Source: Candidatus Poribacteria bacterium
Lineage (GTDB): Bacteria; Poribacteria; WGA-4E; WGA-3G
Assembly: GCA_965205025.1 (NCBI GenBank)
Contig: CBDBFU010000011.1
Span: 1 to 64,000, forward strand
Length of the DNA: 64,000 nucleotides
Direction: 5' to 3'
The notes beneath the pieces were generated by a model, which worked only from the letters and a program-made list of their open reading frames with translations, ran no database searches and was not told the DNA's origin. The position numbers and the translations under genes were made by a program. Positions within the stretch are counted from its first letter, which is position 1, and every line of letters begins with the position of its first letter. Below, piece by piece: positions 1-11,700 of this stretch.

Positions 1-94
1 TTTAATCTACTCTAATATAGTATAATGAGACTATAAAACTGTTCTTTATAGTGATAATAAGAATTGGACCAAAACTCAATCACGGAGGTAAAAA

Positions 95-885
95 ATGAAA
101 TTAGTGGTATATTTGTCTGTCCTAATCCTATTAATGGGTGGACTTCACACTGCAGATGCGGCTGTTAAAGACGACGGTTTAATCCTGTACTTCAGTTTTG
201 ACAAAGAGAGTGGTGGTAAGATTATTGACGAAACTGGTGGTGGCAATGATGCAACAATTGTTGCTGACGCGAAAATTGTCACTGATGATGCTGTGCACGG
301 AAAAGGTGCATTATTATGCGATACTAATTCCTCAAGTGTAACTGTAGATTCATTTAAAGAATTAGAGTCATATAAGGATAATACTTTCCTTTTTTGGGGT
401 GAATTTCACAAAAGCTAACTCTGGTGGTTGGGATCAGATCATTGCCAAGAAAGCTCCAAATTCGGATAGATCACCAGGTATTTGGACATGTGATCGGGTT
501 CCTCTTCATATCCATTGGCGATTTCAACCCGGTAATCAAGGTCCACACTGTGCAGGTCCTACTGGTGAGAATTCTGTTTTTGAAATAGGTGAATGGTATC
601 ATATCGCTGGTGCTAAAAAGGGGTGGTCAGATATCATTTTATGTTAATGGTAAACGGACTCAACAAAACAATGTTCCCGCCGATCATGTACAAGGAAATG
701 AACGATTATACATAGGTAGAACCGGATATAACTCCGCAAAGTTTATTTTAGATGATCTCTATGTATATGACCGGGCCCTTGATGCTGATGAAGTTGCAGG
801 TGTGATGGATGGAGAACTACTTCCTGTCCAACCACAAGCTAAACTTACAACTACTTGGGGGCAAGTCAAGACAAATAGAGACTAA
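95..885 (+). CDS. Secreted LamG-like (concanavalin A jellyroll) protein, split by two +1 homopolymer frameshifts
   Basis: ORFs 95-418, 399-647 and 589-885 join into one protein if one G is removed from each G run (~396-399, ~620-623). Signal peptide, LILYFSFD, WYHIAG and IDD/LDDLYVYDRAL motifs, C-terminal KLTTTWGQVK. GGAGG RBS upstream. Confidence 0.85.
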
Positions 886-903
886 TTACAATTTTATAAT
901 ATT

Positions 904-930
904 GGGACAGATTCCGTGCTGTCCCTTATT
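904..930 (+). terminator. Intrinsic terminator-like hairpin
   Basis: GGGACAG/CTGTCCC stem followed by TTATT, just after the stop codon. Confidence 0.55.
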
Positions 931-1016
931 CAATTCTTATCATTTTTACTTACATTGTATCTATAACATATTCAATGAATACTAAAATGGCTTAAACTCA
1001 TTATAGGAGAAATTAA

Positions 1017-1803
1017 ATGAAAAATACAATATACTTGTTTGTCACAATACTACTTTCTGTGGCAATTCAAACTTCACCTGCTGACATTAAAGACAAAGGT
1101 TTGATTCTATACTTAGATTTTGATAATGAGAATGGCGGAAAAATCGAAGATAAAACTGGTGGTGGAAACCATGCTAATATAGTTGGAAAAGCAGATATAT
1201 CAACGGATGAAAAAAAATATGGTAAAGGTTCACTTGAAATTAGAGATGCCAATGCTGAAGTTCAAGTAAATACTTTCAAAGAATTGGAAGATTATCAGGA
1301 TAATAGTTATCTATTTTGGTTAAACTTCATTTCCGCACACAACGGTGCATGGAGTCAAATAATTGCGAAGAAAGCTCCTGCTTCAGATAGATCTCCAGGC
1401 ATCTGGATCTGTCCAAATTCATTAAACATACATTGGCGTTTCAATCCTGGAAACCAAGGAACAGGTTGTGCCGGTCCAACCGGTGAAGGTAGTGTGTTTG
1501 ATTTGAAACAGTGGTATCATGTTGCGGGAATAAAAAAAAGATGGTACTTTACACTTTTATATTAATGGTGAAGAACAATTGAAGATTGGTGTTCCTGCCA
1601 ACCACCAACAAGGTGCAGAAAAACTATACATTGGTAAAACAGGATATAGAGCTGCTACATTTTATATTGATGATCTGTATGTATATAATAGAGCTCTTGA
1701 TGCGGATGAAGTACAAAGTGTTATGGACGGGGACCTTCTACCTGTAGAACCCACAGATAAACTTGCCACATCATGGGGACAGATAAAGTCGAATCGAGAC
1801 TAA
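1017..1803 (+). CDS. Secreted LamG-like protein (tandem paralog), one +1 frameshift
   Basis: ORFs 1017-1565 and 1579-1803 join if the A8 run at ~1532-1539 is read as A7 (IKKDGTLHFYINGEEQLK). Close paralog of the upstream gene; ends KLATSWGQIK. Confidence 0.87.
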
Positions 1804-1819
1804 GTTTTAAATAATATTG

Positions 1820-1850
1820 AAGGGGCAACTTTGAAGTTGTCCCTTTTTGT
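1820..1850 (+). terminator. Intrinsic terminator
   Basis: AGGGGCAACT-TTGA-AGTTGTCCCT stem-loop followed by a T tract. Confidence 0.75.
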
Positions 1851-1934
1851 TTTTATTTTGTGTCTGAAGTTTAAATTAAAGGGAAATAATCTTTAACTGA
1901 TTGTGATTTTTGATACTAACTACCGAGGAGTTAA

Positions 1935-2723
1935 ATGAAAAAGGGAATATGCATTGGTTCCATACCAGGGGATACAACTGAAGCAAGATTCAAAAATGCT
2001 AAAGATGCAGGTTTTGATGGTGTGGAAATTGGCCCATTGGAAACTCAGGAACAAAGACTGGAAATAAAGCAACTTGCTGACGATATTGATATAGAATTAT
2101 GTAGCGTCATGAATGGGAAACATTGGTCCCACCCGCTATCAGATGCTGATGCTTCTGTTCGTGAAGAATCCCGTAATGCAGTGGTGACATCTCTCGAAAC
2201 AGCCGAGACAATTGGAGCAGATACTGTATTATTGGTTGCGGCAGTAGTGAATCCAAGCACAACTTATGAGGAAGCATACCAACGTTCACAAGAAGAAATT
2301 AAGAAATTAATTCCAACAGCAAAGGAAAAAAGACTTACTATTGCAATAGAAAATGTATGGAACAAATTCCTATTGAGTCCAATGGAGTTTGCGCAGTATC
2401 TTGATGAATTTGAAAGTGAATCTGTCTCGGCATATTTTGATGTCGGAAATATTGTTGCCTACGGTTTTCCACAACATTGGATACGTTCTCTTAGTAGTCG
2501 CATATCTAAGGTACATGTGAAAGGGTTTAATGCAAACGAACATCGGTTTACATATTTAATTGATGAATGCACAATTGATTGGAATGAAGTAATGTCAGCA
2601 TTGAATGATGTAGGTTATGATGACTATATGACAGCAGAATTACCGGTAGATGCGGATGACCCTGATGGCACATTGCATAAAATAAGCAGTGATATGACTA
2701 AGATCATTGCCGGAGAGGTATAA
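1935..2723 (+). CDS. Sugar phosphate isomerase/epimerase (xylose isomerase-like TIM barrel)
   Basis: AGFDGVE, IAIENVWNKFL, YFDVGN, VHVK and TAE motifs. Confidence 0.88.
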   Translation: MKKGICIGSIPGDTTEARFKNAKDAGFDGVEIGPLETQEQRLEIKQLADDIDIELCSVMNGKHWSHPLSDADASVREESRNAVVTSLETAETIGADTVLLVAAVVNPSTTYEEAYQRSQEEIKKLIPTAKEKRLTIAIENVWNKFLLSPMEFAQYLDEFESESVSAYFDVGNIVAYGFPQHWIRSLSSRISKVHVKGFNANEHRFTYLIDECTIDWNEVMSALNDVGYDDYMTAELPVDADDPDGTLHKISSDMTKIIAGEV

Positions 2724-2737
2724 CACTTTCTATTCAG

Positions 2738-3517
2738 ATGGAAGTAATTATTCAACCTAATACTCATCAACTATCTGTCGTTGCATCGGAAATTATTCGT
2801 GATGCAGTAATTAAAAAACCTAATCTCGTATTAGGTTTGGCTACGGGAAGTACACCCATAGGTCTTTATAAATTACTCGTACAAATGCATAAGGAAGATG
2901 GACTTGATTTCTCTAAGGTTACTACTTTTAATCTGGATGAATATATTGGGATACCGAAGGATCACCCTCAAAGTTATCATACATTCATGGCGAAGCACTT
3001 TTTCGAACATGTAAACATTCCGAAGAAAAATCAGAATATCCCACAGAATATCGTGGAAAACCATGTCGCTTTTTGCCAAGCGTATGAAGATTCTATTAAG
3101 AGGTATGGCGGTATTGATATACAGGTTCTCGGAATTGGGCAGGACGGACACATAGGTTTTAATGAGCCGGGGTCATCGTTTGCCTCTCGTACTCGAATGG
3201 TAACTTTATACAAGAGTACACTTAAAGCGAATGCAGTCCATTTTGGTGATGATATCGATGCTGTTCCCGAAATGGCAATTACAATGGGAATTGGAACAAT
3301 TATGGATGCAAAGCAATGTCTGCTATTAGCAAGAGGCACAGTGAAGAAAGATGCTATTGCTAAAACAATTGAAGGTCCGATCAGTGCTATGGTACCGGCA
3401 TCAGCATTACAAATGCATCCGAATGCCGTCTTCTTAATTGATGATGCGGCATCATCAAATCTAAAAGAGGCAGAATATTATAAACGGTCTTATGAGAACA
3501 AAATAAGATATGGGTAA
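2738..3517 (+). CDS. nagB: Glucosamine-6-phosphate deaminase
   Basis: LGLATGSTP, FNLDEY, LGIGQDGHIGFNEPG, AITMGIGTI motifs. Confidence 0.95.
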   Translation: MEVIIQPNTHQLSVVASEIIRDAVIKKPNLVLGLATGSTPIGLYKLLVQMHKEDGLDFSKVTTFNLDEYIGIPKDHPQSYHTFMAKHFFEHVNIPKKNQNIPQNIVENHVAFCQAYEDSIKRYGGIDIQVLGIGQDGHIGFNEPGSSFASRTRMVTLYKSTLKANAVHFGDDIDAVPEMAITMGIGTIMDAKQCLLLARGTVKKDAIAKTIEGPISAMVPASALQMHPNAVFLIDDAASSNLKEAEYYKRSYENKIRYG

Positions 3518-3548
3518 CCAAGAAAGGAATTACTGTCAGAAGGATTAT

Positions 3549-4976
3549 TTAATCATCACATAGACCGTATTCTTTTGATTTCCGTTGTATAGTTCGTCTA
3601 CTAATATCAAGAATTTCTGCAGCTTTTGCTTTATTATTATTTGTATATTCTAATGTAGCACGTAATACTTCTTTATTAATTTCTTCCAGTGTCATCCCTA
3701 CAGATACATCTAATGGTTGTGAACCATTCCCTACAGGTTCACTCTGATGTAAAGTAGGTGCATAGGAAATAGTAGAATCTATTTCTCCTGATACCTTCAA
3801 AATTCGTTCTGGTAAATCTGTCAATTGTAATGTTTCTTGCGTAGACATAACAACCAGTCCTTCAATACAATTCTTTAACTCCCGTACATTTCCAGGCCAG
3901 TGGTATTTCATTAGAGATCGAACTGCTTCGGGTGTTAGTGTTCTCAAAGTTTTACTGTTCTCTCTACTAAATTCCTCAAGAAAATCCTTTACCAGTAAAG
4001 GAATATCCTCAATACGTTGTTGTAGTTCTGGTAGGTTAACTGATACAACATTTAGTCGATCATACAGATCATGTAAAAATTCTCCTCTTGAACATGCAGC
4101 CTCCAAGTCATGATTGGTAGCACAAATAATTCGTACATTAACCTGTATTGTTTTGCTACCTCCAACTCTTTCAAATTCTCGCTCTTCTAAAACACGCAAT
4201 AATCTTGATTGATTAGAGAGACTAAGTTGAGATACTTCATCAAGGAAAAGCGTTCCACCGTGTGCCAGTTCAAACCTTCCTTTGCGTTGATTATATGCTC
4301 CACTAAAAGCTCCTCGTTCATGTCCAAAAAGTTCTGATTCTGCCAAATTCTCATTTAGTGTTGCACAATTAAACGCTATTAACGCACCTTGCCGTAAACT
4401 CCTATGGTGTATTGCTCGAGCAACTAATTCTTTGCCTGTTCCACGAGCACCGTATATCATGACTGTAGCCTTTGTTGGAGCAATCTGTGTGATTAATTCG
4501 CGTATATGGATTAGTTGGGGTGAATTTCCGGTCAGTTTACATAGACCTTCTTTTTCATCTATCTGGGATCTTAACTGTCGGTTTTCAAAGGTAAGTCTTT
4601 GATTTTGAAGGATCTTATTAAGAAGTACTTTTAAATGGGTAGGATTAATGGGTTTTGGAATAAAGTAGGTGCTTTCATGTGAAAGCATCGCTCGAATCCC
4701 CGTATCTGTTTCTAACACATTTGGTGCAGTTATAAAAATAATACCCGCATCAGGATGGTGTCGAGTTGCAGCCTCTAAAAGTGAAAATCCGTCTATTCGC
4801 TCCGCCTTTAATGGCGCGATCAAGATATCCATCGTCATATGTTCAATTCGATGGAATGCTTGGTACATATTTCCACTTACAATTAGGTTAAGGCCTTCAC
4901 CATCTAATGTTTGACAAATTACTTCTCGTTGACGAACATCAGTATCAACAATCAGTACGTTTTTCTGTATATTCAT
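3549..4976 (-). CDS. Sigma-54-dependent (NtrC/Fis family) regulator with atypical receiver domain
   Basis: GTGKE Walker A, ESELFGHERGAFSGA, GGTLFLDE, WPGNVREL, C-terminal Fis HTH. Confidence 0.93.
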   Translation of the reverse strand: MNIQKNVLIVDTDVRQREVICQTLDGEGLNLIVSGNMYQAFHRIEHMTMDILIAPLKAERIDGFSLLEAATRHHPDAGIIFITAPNVLETDTGIRAMLSHESTYFIPKPINPTHLKVLLNKILQNQRLTFENRQLRSQIDEKEGLCKLTGNSPQLIHIRELITQIAPTKATVMIYGARGTGKELVARAIHHRSLRQGALIAFNCATLNENLAESELFGHERGAFSGAYNQRKGRFELAHGGTLFLDEVSQLSLSNQSRLLRVLEEREFERVGGSKTIQVNVRIICATNHDLEAACSRGEFLHDLYDRLNVVSVNLPELQQRIEDIPLLVKDFLEEFSRENSKTLRTLTPEAVRSLMKYHWPGNVRELKNCIEGLVVMSTQETLQLTDLPERILKVSGEIDSTISYAPTLHQSEPVGNGSQPLDVSVGMTLEEINKEVLRATLEYTNNNKAKAAEILDISRRTIQRKSKEYGLCDD

Positions 4977-5117
4977 TTTTACACACAGGTATGTCTTTCA
5001 AATATTAAAAGAGATAAAGTTGTTGAGTAAATATACATTTCAAATAATGAATAAGAAATGTATGTATACGTGCTTATCAACTTACATAATACAACAAAAA
5101 TACCCCGTCTCTTATGA

Positions 5118-5146
5118 ATTATATCTTATGTATATGCATTCGTCAA
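5118..5146 (-). promoter_or_regulatory. Sigma70-type promoter for the sigma-54 regulator
   Basis: TTGACG-N17-TATAAT on the minus strand. Confidence 0.6.
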
Positions 5147-5244
5147 CAGTTATGTATTCTTTTGGTGTGTAAAGTATTTATCACTAATCATTATGCTGCT
5201 ATGGTATCTGGATTCCAATATCTATCCCACCTGACCACTTTCCA

Positions 5245-5273
5245 TTGACAATCCACTCTTCGTTTGGTAAAAT
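5245..5273 (+). promoter_or_regulatory. Sigma70-type promoter for selA
   Basis: TTGACA-N17-TAAAAT with extended -10 TG. Confidence 0.65.
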
Positions 5274-5341
5274 TCCATAGTGGTTTTACCTATCTATCGA
5301 CATTGTCCTATATACATTCTTATTCACTATTAGGAAGAGAT

Positions 5342-6775
5342 TTGTCTACAGAAAAAATTGGAAGCGATAAGGAAGAATTACTTCGAAAACTTCCTGCAAT
5401 CGAAAGACTTCTGACTCAACCTGAAATCATCAAATTATTTAAATCGTATTCAAGATCATTGATTACGGACATATTGCGTTCTATCGTTTCAGATTTTAGA
5501 TTACAGATCTTAGAAGGTAATACAGAGATTAAAATTCCTAACCGTGATGAATTTCCTGAGTTAGTTATTCAACATCTTGAGGATAAATTAAAACCACCTA
5601 TCCGTACTGTAATAAATGCTACTGGAACTATAACTCATACGAATCTTGGACGATCATTACTACCAGAATCAGTATGTGATAATATTGTGAATGCTGCACA
5701 GAATTATGTTAATTTAGAATACGACTTAGAAACGGGAACAAGGGGACATAGGGATAGACTAACTGAACCTTTACTTCAAGAATTAACAGGTTGTGAAGCA
5801 TCTACTATAGTCAATAATAATGCTGCTGCAGTACTTATTTCATTAAACACGCTTGCACAAGGGAAAGAGGTAATTGTTTCGCGAGGTGAACTGATTGAAA
5901 TTGGTGGTGCATTTCGTATACCTGATGTGATGGCTGCAAGTGGTGCAATTCTTAAAGAAGTCGGGACAACAAATAGAACGCATCTACGTGATTATGAAGA
6001 TGCGATAAATGAGAATACTGCACTGTTTCTGAAAGTTCATCCCAGCAATTATAAGATTGTTGGCTTTACTTCAACTCCAGACATCCGAGAATTAGCACAA
6101 CTTGGGAAGGAACATAATATCCCAATTATGGAGGATTTGGGGAGTGGAGCATTAGTGGATCTATCAAATTATGGTCTTCCATACGAACCTGTTGTAGCAG
6201 ATAGAATTGAAGCTGGAGTTGATATAGTTTCCTTTAGTGGGGACAAATTGTTAGGTGGTCCACAGGCTGGAATAATTGCAGGTCAATCACGGATGATACA
6301 ACAGATACGAAAAAACCCTTTGATGCGAGCATTACGGGTAGATAAATTGACAATTGCAGCACTCTCAACCACACTACAGAATTATCTATATTTAGATAAT
6401 GATATTACTGATGATTTTCCAATGCTACAACGATACATACGTCCTGTAGAGGAATTATATGTTTCTGCTGAATATGTATCTGAGAGATTAAAGAGTGTTT
6501 TCCAAGATAGTATCTCAATTGAAGTATCTGAAACGAAATCCCAAATTGGTAGTGGTTCATTACCTGAAGAAACTTTAGATAGTGTTGCTATAGTGCTAAC
6601 TCCGAAGGTAATTTCTGTAGAAAAACTATCAGAGTTATTCCGGTATGCAAGTACTCCAGTGATTGGACGAATAGAGGATAATAAATTATACTTTGATATT
6701 AGAACGTTATATGATGATGAAATAGATTGTTTAATTCAAACTGCTAATGAGATTTCATCAAGAATTAATGTATAA
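5342..6775 (+). CDS. selA: L-seryl-tRNA(Sec) selenium transferase
   Basis: VINATGTITHTNLGRS, NNNAAA, SRGELIEIGG, EVGTTNRT, FSGDKLLGGPQAG, RALRVDK. Start moved to TTG 5342 (AGGAAG RBS; the promoter overlaps the longer ORF start). Confidence 0.96.
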   Translation: MSTEKIGSDKEELLRKLPAIERLLTQPEIIKLFKSYSRSLITDILRSIVSDFRLQILEGNTEIKIPNRDEFPELVIQHLEDKLKPPIRTVINATGTITHTNLGRSLLPESVCDNIVNAAQNYVNLEYDLETGTRGHRDRLTEPLLQELTGCEASTIVNNNAAAVLISLNTLAQGKEVIVSRGELIEIGGAFRIPDVMAASGAILKEVGTTNRTHLRDYEDAINENTALFLKVHPSNYKIVGFTSTPDIRELAQLGKEHNIPIMEDLGSGALVDLSNYGLPYEPVVADRIEAGVDIVSFSGDKLLGGPQAGIIAGQSRMIQQIRKNPLMRALRVDKLTIAALSTTLQNYLYLDNDITDDFPMLQRYIRPVEELYVSAEYVSERLKSVFQDSISIEVSETKSQIGSGSLPEETLDSVAIVLTPKVISVEKLSELFRYASTPVIGRIEDNKLYFDIRTLYDDEIDCLIQTANEISSRINV

Positions 6776-7607
6776 CACAAAAATCAGGACGTTATCAATA
6801 ATTGTAATATCATTATGTATAATATCTGCATGTACAGATTCCTCTAATCAAACATCAATAGAAGCTAAATTACCTGATAGTATAATCTCAACTATAGATG
6901 GTAGGCAGATGAGGTTAATTCCTTCTGGACGATTTGAGATGGGGAATTCTGAAACTGATATCGGAGATGATGATGAACTCCCTGTACATACTGTATCTCT
7001 TGATGCCTTTTATATTGATATCTACGAAGTTACAAATGCACACTATCAGAAGTTTGTAATCGCAACCGGTTATTCCCCACCACCTTTATGGCATGATCCA
7101 AAGTTTAATGAACCTGATGCTCCTGTAGTAAATGTTTCTTGGAATGATGCTATTACCTATGCACACTGGGCAAAAAAACGGCTGCCAACAGAAGCGGAGT
7201 GGGAATATGCTGCGCGAGGTGGATTAATTGGAAAGGTATATGCTAATTCTAATATAATCACACATGATGATGCTAATTTCGGTGGGATTGAAGGAAAAGA
7301 TAATTGGAAATGGACATCTCCAGTTGGAAGCTTTACACCCAATGGATACGGACTATACGATATGATTGGTAATGTATGGGAATGGTGCTTTGATGAATAT
7401 AATCCGGAATTCTATAAATTTTCAACAGAACACAATCCAAGATACGGTAGGAGTATAGCACCTGAAAATGAGAATTTTAGAATCTTACGAGGTGGAGCTT
7501 GGGGTGGAAGTAAAGACGATCTCCGAGTATCTGATCGATGGTATCATCTTACTTCTGGTAGTACTATTGGTTTCAGATGTGTTAAGGATATAGATACTGT
7601 GAATTGA
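6768..7607 (+). CDS. Formylglycine-generating-enzyme (SUMF1/FGE-sulfatase) domain protein, probable lipoprotein
   Basis: FEMG, YEVTN, RLPTEAEWEYAARGG, NGYGLYDMIGNVWEW, RGGAW, GFRC motifs; ISAC lipobox. Confidence 0.9.
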   Translation: MYNTKIRTLSIIVISLCIISACTDSSNQTSIEAKLPDSIISTIDGRQMRLIPSGRFEMGNSETDIGDDDELPVHTVSLDAFYIDIYEVTNAHYQKFVIATGYSPPPLWHDPKFNEPDAPVVNVSWNDAITYAHWAKKRLPTEAEWEYAARGGLIGKVYANSNIITHDDANFGGIEGKDNWKWTSPVGSFTPNGYGLYDMIGNVWEWCFDEYNPEFYKFSTEHNPRYGRSIAPENENFRILRGGAWGGSKDDLRVSDRWYHLTSGSTIGFRCVKDIDTVN

Positions 7608-7647
7608 TAGGATATCATTTATATAGAATGTGATTAATTATAATTAA

Positions 7648-8742
7648 ATGAAGGTGCGTTTTATGTCCGTTGCTGTAGAGTTAGACCATATAACAAAATC
7701 TTTTGATACAACCTATGCTGTTAATGATGTATCACTAACCATTGAACCTGGGGAACTGTTCTTTCTTCTTGGACCATCTGGATGTGGTAAATCAACCCTT
7801 TTACGGGTTATTGCAGGATTTTATCGTCCTGATACTGGTGTATTACGGTTTGATGGGACGGAAATGAATAATATACCTCCACACCAGCGAAACACTGGAA
7901 TGGTATTCCAGAATTATGCTCTATGGCCTCACATGACAGTAGAACAGAATGTTGACTATGGATTAAAACTAAGGAAGTTTGAAAAGCAAGATCGACAAAA
8001 GAAGATAGATTCTGTCCTTGATTTGGTGCAGATGAGAGAATACCACGACAGACCAGTTAATACACTTTCTGGCGGACAACAACAACGGATTGCTCTGGCA
8101 CGGGCATTAGTGATTGAACCCAGTGTTCTACTTCTTGATGAACCGTTGAGTAATTTGGATGCCGCGCTCCGTCAAAATCTACGTAATGAAATCAGAGAAA
8201 TACATAATAGAACTCAGATAACAACAATATATGTTACCCATGATCAAGTAGAAGCGATTTCAATGGCGACACGTATGGCTATCATGAAAGATGGTGTTTT
8301 TGTCCAGACTGGTTCTCCACGAGAAATCTACCAGTTTCCTACAGATCCTTTTGTAGCGAGTTTCGTTGGTGAAACGAATTTCATCTCAGGGAATATACAA
8401 GAAATTTCAAATGGGAGCGTTAAAATAGAAACTCCAGTAGGATTGCTCCATTCTGAGTGTGTATATCACAAATTCACACCTGGACAGGCGGTGACTTGTT
8501 CCATACGACCAGAAACTATACTGCTAAATCAGGATAGCAATGTTAACCAATTTGATGCAACTCTCTCTCATATTACTTACTTAGGTAGAGTAGAGGAATA
8601 TGAACTTATGATTGCTGAACAACATACTATTAAAACGGTTCTATACAACCCTAATATAGAATTAAAAAATGAAGGTGATACAGTTAACGTATCAATACCA
8701 CCACAGGCAATTGTTCCGCTACCAATTGGAAATACAGATTAG
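7648..8742 (+). CDS. ABC transporter ATP-binding protein (PotA/FbpC type, TOBE domain)
   Basis: GPSGCGKST, LSGGQQQR, LLLDEPLSNLD, YVTHDQ motifs. Confidence 0.92.
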   Translation: MKVRFMSVAVELDHITKSFDTTYAVNDVSLTIEPGELFFLLGPSGCGKSTLLRVIAGFYRPDTGVLRFDGTEMNNIPPHQRNTGMVFQNYALWPHMTVEQNVDYGLKLRKFEKQDRQKKIDSVLDLVQMREYHDRPVNTLSGGQQQRIALARALVIEPSVLLLDEPLSNLDAALRQNLRNEIREIHNRTQITTIYVTHDQVEAISMATRMAIMKDGVFVQTGSPREIYQFPTDPFVASFVGETNFISGNIQEISNGSVKIETPVGLLHSECVYHKFTPGQAVTCSIRPETILLNQDSNVNQFDATLSHITYLGRVEEYELMIAEQHTIKTVLYNPNIELKNEGDTVNVSIPPQAIVPLPIGNTD

Positions 8743-8767
8743 AATTAGTTATTTATAACTAAGAATT

Positions 8768-11700
8768 ATGAATTTAACCCAAAATCAACAAGAAGCTCTT
8801 AACATTGATAAACATATCTGTGTCACTGCCGGTGCAGGTTCTGGTAAGACGACAGTCTTAGTGGAACGATACCTGGAAATTCTTCGTAGTGGAAATGCTG
8901 CGCCAAGTCAAATTGTAGCAATCACTTTTACTAAGAAGGCTGCTGCTGAGATCAAAGCACGGATTATTGAAGAACTCCATTATGTTCGGAACATGGATAT
9001 TCGTGAAAAATGTATTGAAGAGATGAATACTGCTCCTATTTCAACAATACATTCATTCTGTGCACGAATTTTAAGAGAATACCCATTTGATGCTAAAATA
9101 CCAGCTTCATTTAATGTAATTGAAGGTATAGAACAAAATCTCTTATTGCGAGAAGTCATCAAAAACTCATTCGATACTATTGTATCAAGTGTGGATAACC
9201 CACTATACTCTCAACTTGAATATTGTTTATATAGGACCAGAAATAGTCAATATCTGATAGATTTACTCTTGAGGATGGTGAACAAACGTTCGACTATTGA
9301 ATTACTAAGAGAATCTGTTTATGAAAATATCAACAATACTGAGATACCACAGGTATGGTATGAGATATTTAATGCAGCTATATTGACAGAAAGTGAACTA
9401 TCAGACTTTGTAGATAATCTATATACTATACTTGGAATTTCCAAAGGTAAAAATGTAGAGAAAACAAGAGAACTATTACAACAAATTGAGACTTTATCTT
9501 TCCAGAATGGAGATACCAAAATACAGCGTGAATTACTCATAGCTATCGCTCCATTAATTACTACAAAAGATAATAAAATTGCAAAAATGCATCTTATTGG
9601 AACTCGGGTTGATACATCTGAGATAGATGACGAAATTAGGTTTGTTGTAGAGATAGCCAAGAAGATTAAATCAGCACCAGTATATGATGACAATACTGAT
9701 TTTGAAACTGATGACGAGTTTTTATATAAGTTTTCTCAAAATCTACTTCCTATATATCAACTAATAGTGAAAAACTACCAAGAGATGAAATTCACTCAAG
9801 GAAAATTGGATAACGAAGACCTTCAACTTAGAACTGTCTACCTATTAAAAAACAACGATACTGTAAGTCAAAATATCAGAAGACAGTATGACTATTACAT
9901 GATAGATGAGTATCAAGATACTAACGAATTACAATATGAACTGGTGAATCTACTCACAAATGATCTCAACGATTCAAATCTATTCATTGTAGGTGATCCG
10001 AAACAGAGCATCTATGGATTTCGTGGAGCTGATGTGCGTGTCTTTGATAAAACAAAACAAAAAATAGAAGAACATAATGGAGAGATTATAAGTCTTCAAG
10101 AGAATTACCGTTCTTTGCAAGATGTAGTAGGATTCGTGAATTACCTTTTTGATAAACAATTTCAGGACGTATCTGAGAATGAATTTGAGGTGATATATGA
10201 ACCATTAAATAAAGCACGCGGTGCTGCAGGAAATGGTTCAGTCGAAATTATCCTGCGTAAAGAGGAGGATGAAGTTCCTGAATCGGTATTTATCGCAAAA
10301 AAAATTAAGAGTATGATAGATTCTAAAGAGGAAATATGGGTACGTGGAATAGATAATAAAGAGATACCAAGACCAATTGAATATGGTGATATTACCATTC
10401 TTATCCGTGCAAGAAGACATTTACCTATTATAGAAGTAGCACTAAACGACTTTGGTATCCCCTATCTTACCTCCGGTGGTATTGGTTTCTATCAACGTCA
10501 AGAAATCTATGATATTTGGAACTACCTTCACTTTCTCATTAATCCTGAAGGTAATAATACATCGTTAATTGGTGTTTTACGTGGACCAGCTTTTGGTATA
10601 TCGGATGTAGAGATATTTGAGATCGCTCAGGTGGGAAGAGATAGTTTATGGGAAAATACTATTAAGTACGAAACCCCTACAGACCGACTTAGTCAAGCCA
10701 TTTCAACCTTAAAAATCCATCTACAAATAGCACAACGAACGCAAATAAATAGACTTATTCAGACCATAGTTCATGATACTGGTATGATTGGAGCTATTAA
10801 AACCGGTAATAAAGGAGAACAGAAATGGGCAAATTACAAAAAATTATTAGAAATTGCTGGTACATACGAGGGTGGTGAATTCAGTAATTCACTTGATGAA
10901 TTTGTTGAGTATCTGAATATTTTGATTTTAGATGAACCATCAGAAGGTGATGCACCAATTGAAGAAAGTAGCTCTGCAGTTAAAATAATGACTATTCACT
11001 CAGCAAAAGGAAAAGAGTTTCCAGTGGTAATTCTACCTTCTCTTGATAGACAAAATCCCAAAACGCTTGAGCCTTTTATAGATGATGAATTGGGTATTTG
11101 TTTAAGTCCTTTAAGACCTGAAAAAGAGTATAATAAAACCGAACCTGTGATAGTTCCAGTAATGAAAAATAGAAAGTATTCAAAGGACGATGCTGAAGAA
11201 AAACGAGTGTTATATGTTGGTGCAACTCGTGCAAGAGACCGTTTGATTCTATCGGGTTCAGTTAATAAAGAAGGAAAATCTAAAAACAAAATGCAAGATA
11301 TCATTGATAATCTTCAACTTAGTAATGAAGATGACATGATAAAATTACAAGTAGAACCGGGTGCGTATACCGAGCAAGGTCCTAAACAGGAGAGATTTCA
11401 GCAAAAAATACAATTCATTAAACAGGTTGATTGGATAGATGATAGAAGACCAGTGCCAATTGATGAAACTACTGATACTTTTCCTGAATTACCTTATGAC
11501 ACAATTAAAATAAACAATTTCGCATCTACATATACATTAGATGAACTTGCTACCTATGGTCGTTGTCATTTACGGTTCTACCTGGAAAATGTGCTGAAGA
11601 TGACACCACTGAGTGAAGACCAATCAGCTGAAGAAACACAAACCTTTGAACAGCAAAATGATAGTTTACTAAATTCTGAGATAGGTGAAGTAATCTCTTC

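Noticed and set aside
5264-5341. N-terminal extension of selA
   Set aside because: It overlaps the predicted -10 box; TTG 5342 has an RBS
6768-7607. FGE/C-type-lectin-fold protein as a diversity-generating retroelement target
   Set aside because: No reverse transcriptase and no template-repeat copy of its 3' end were seen in the window
4977-7650. tRNA-Sec (selC) near selA
   Set aside because: No cloverleaf with a TCA anticodon was recognised in the flanking intergenic DNA
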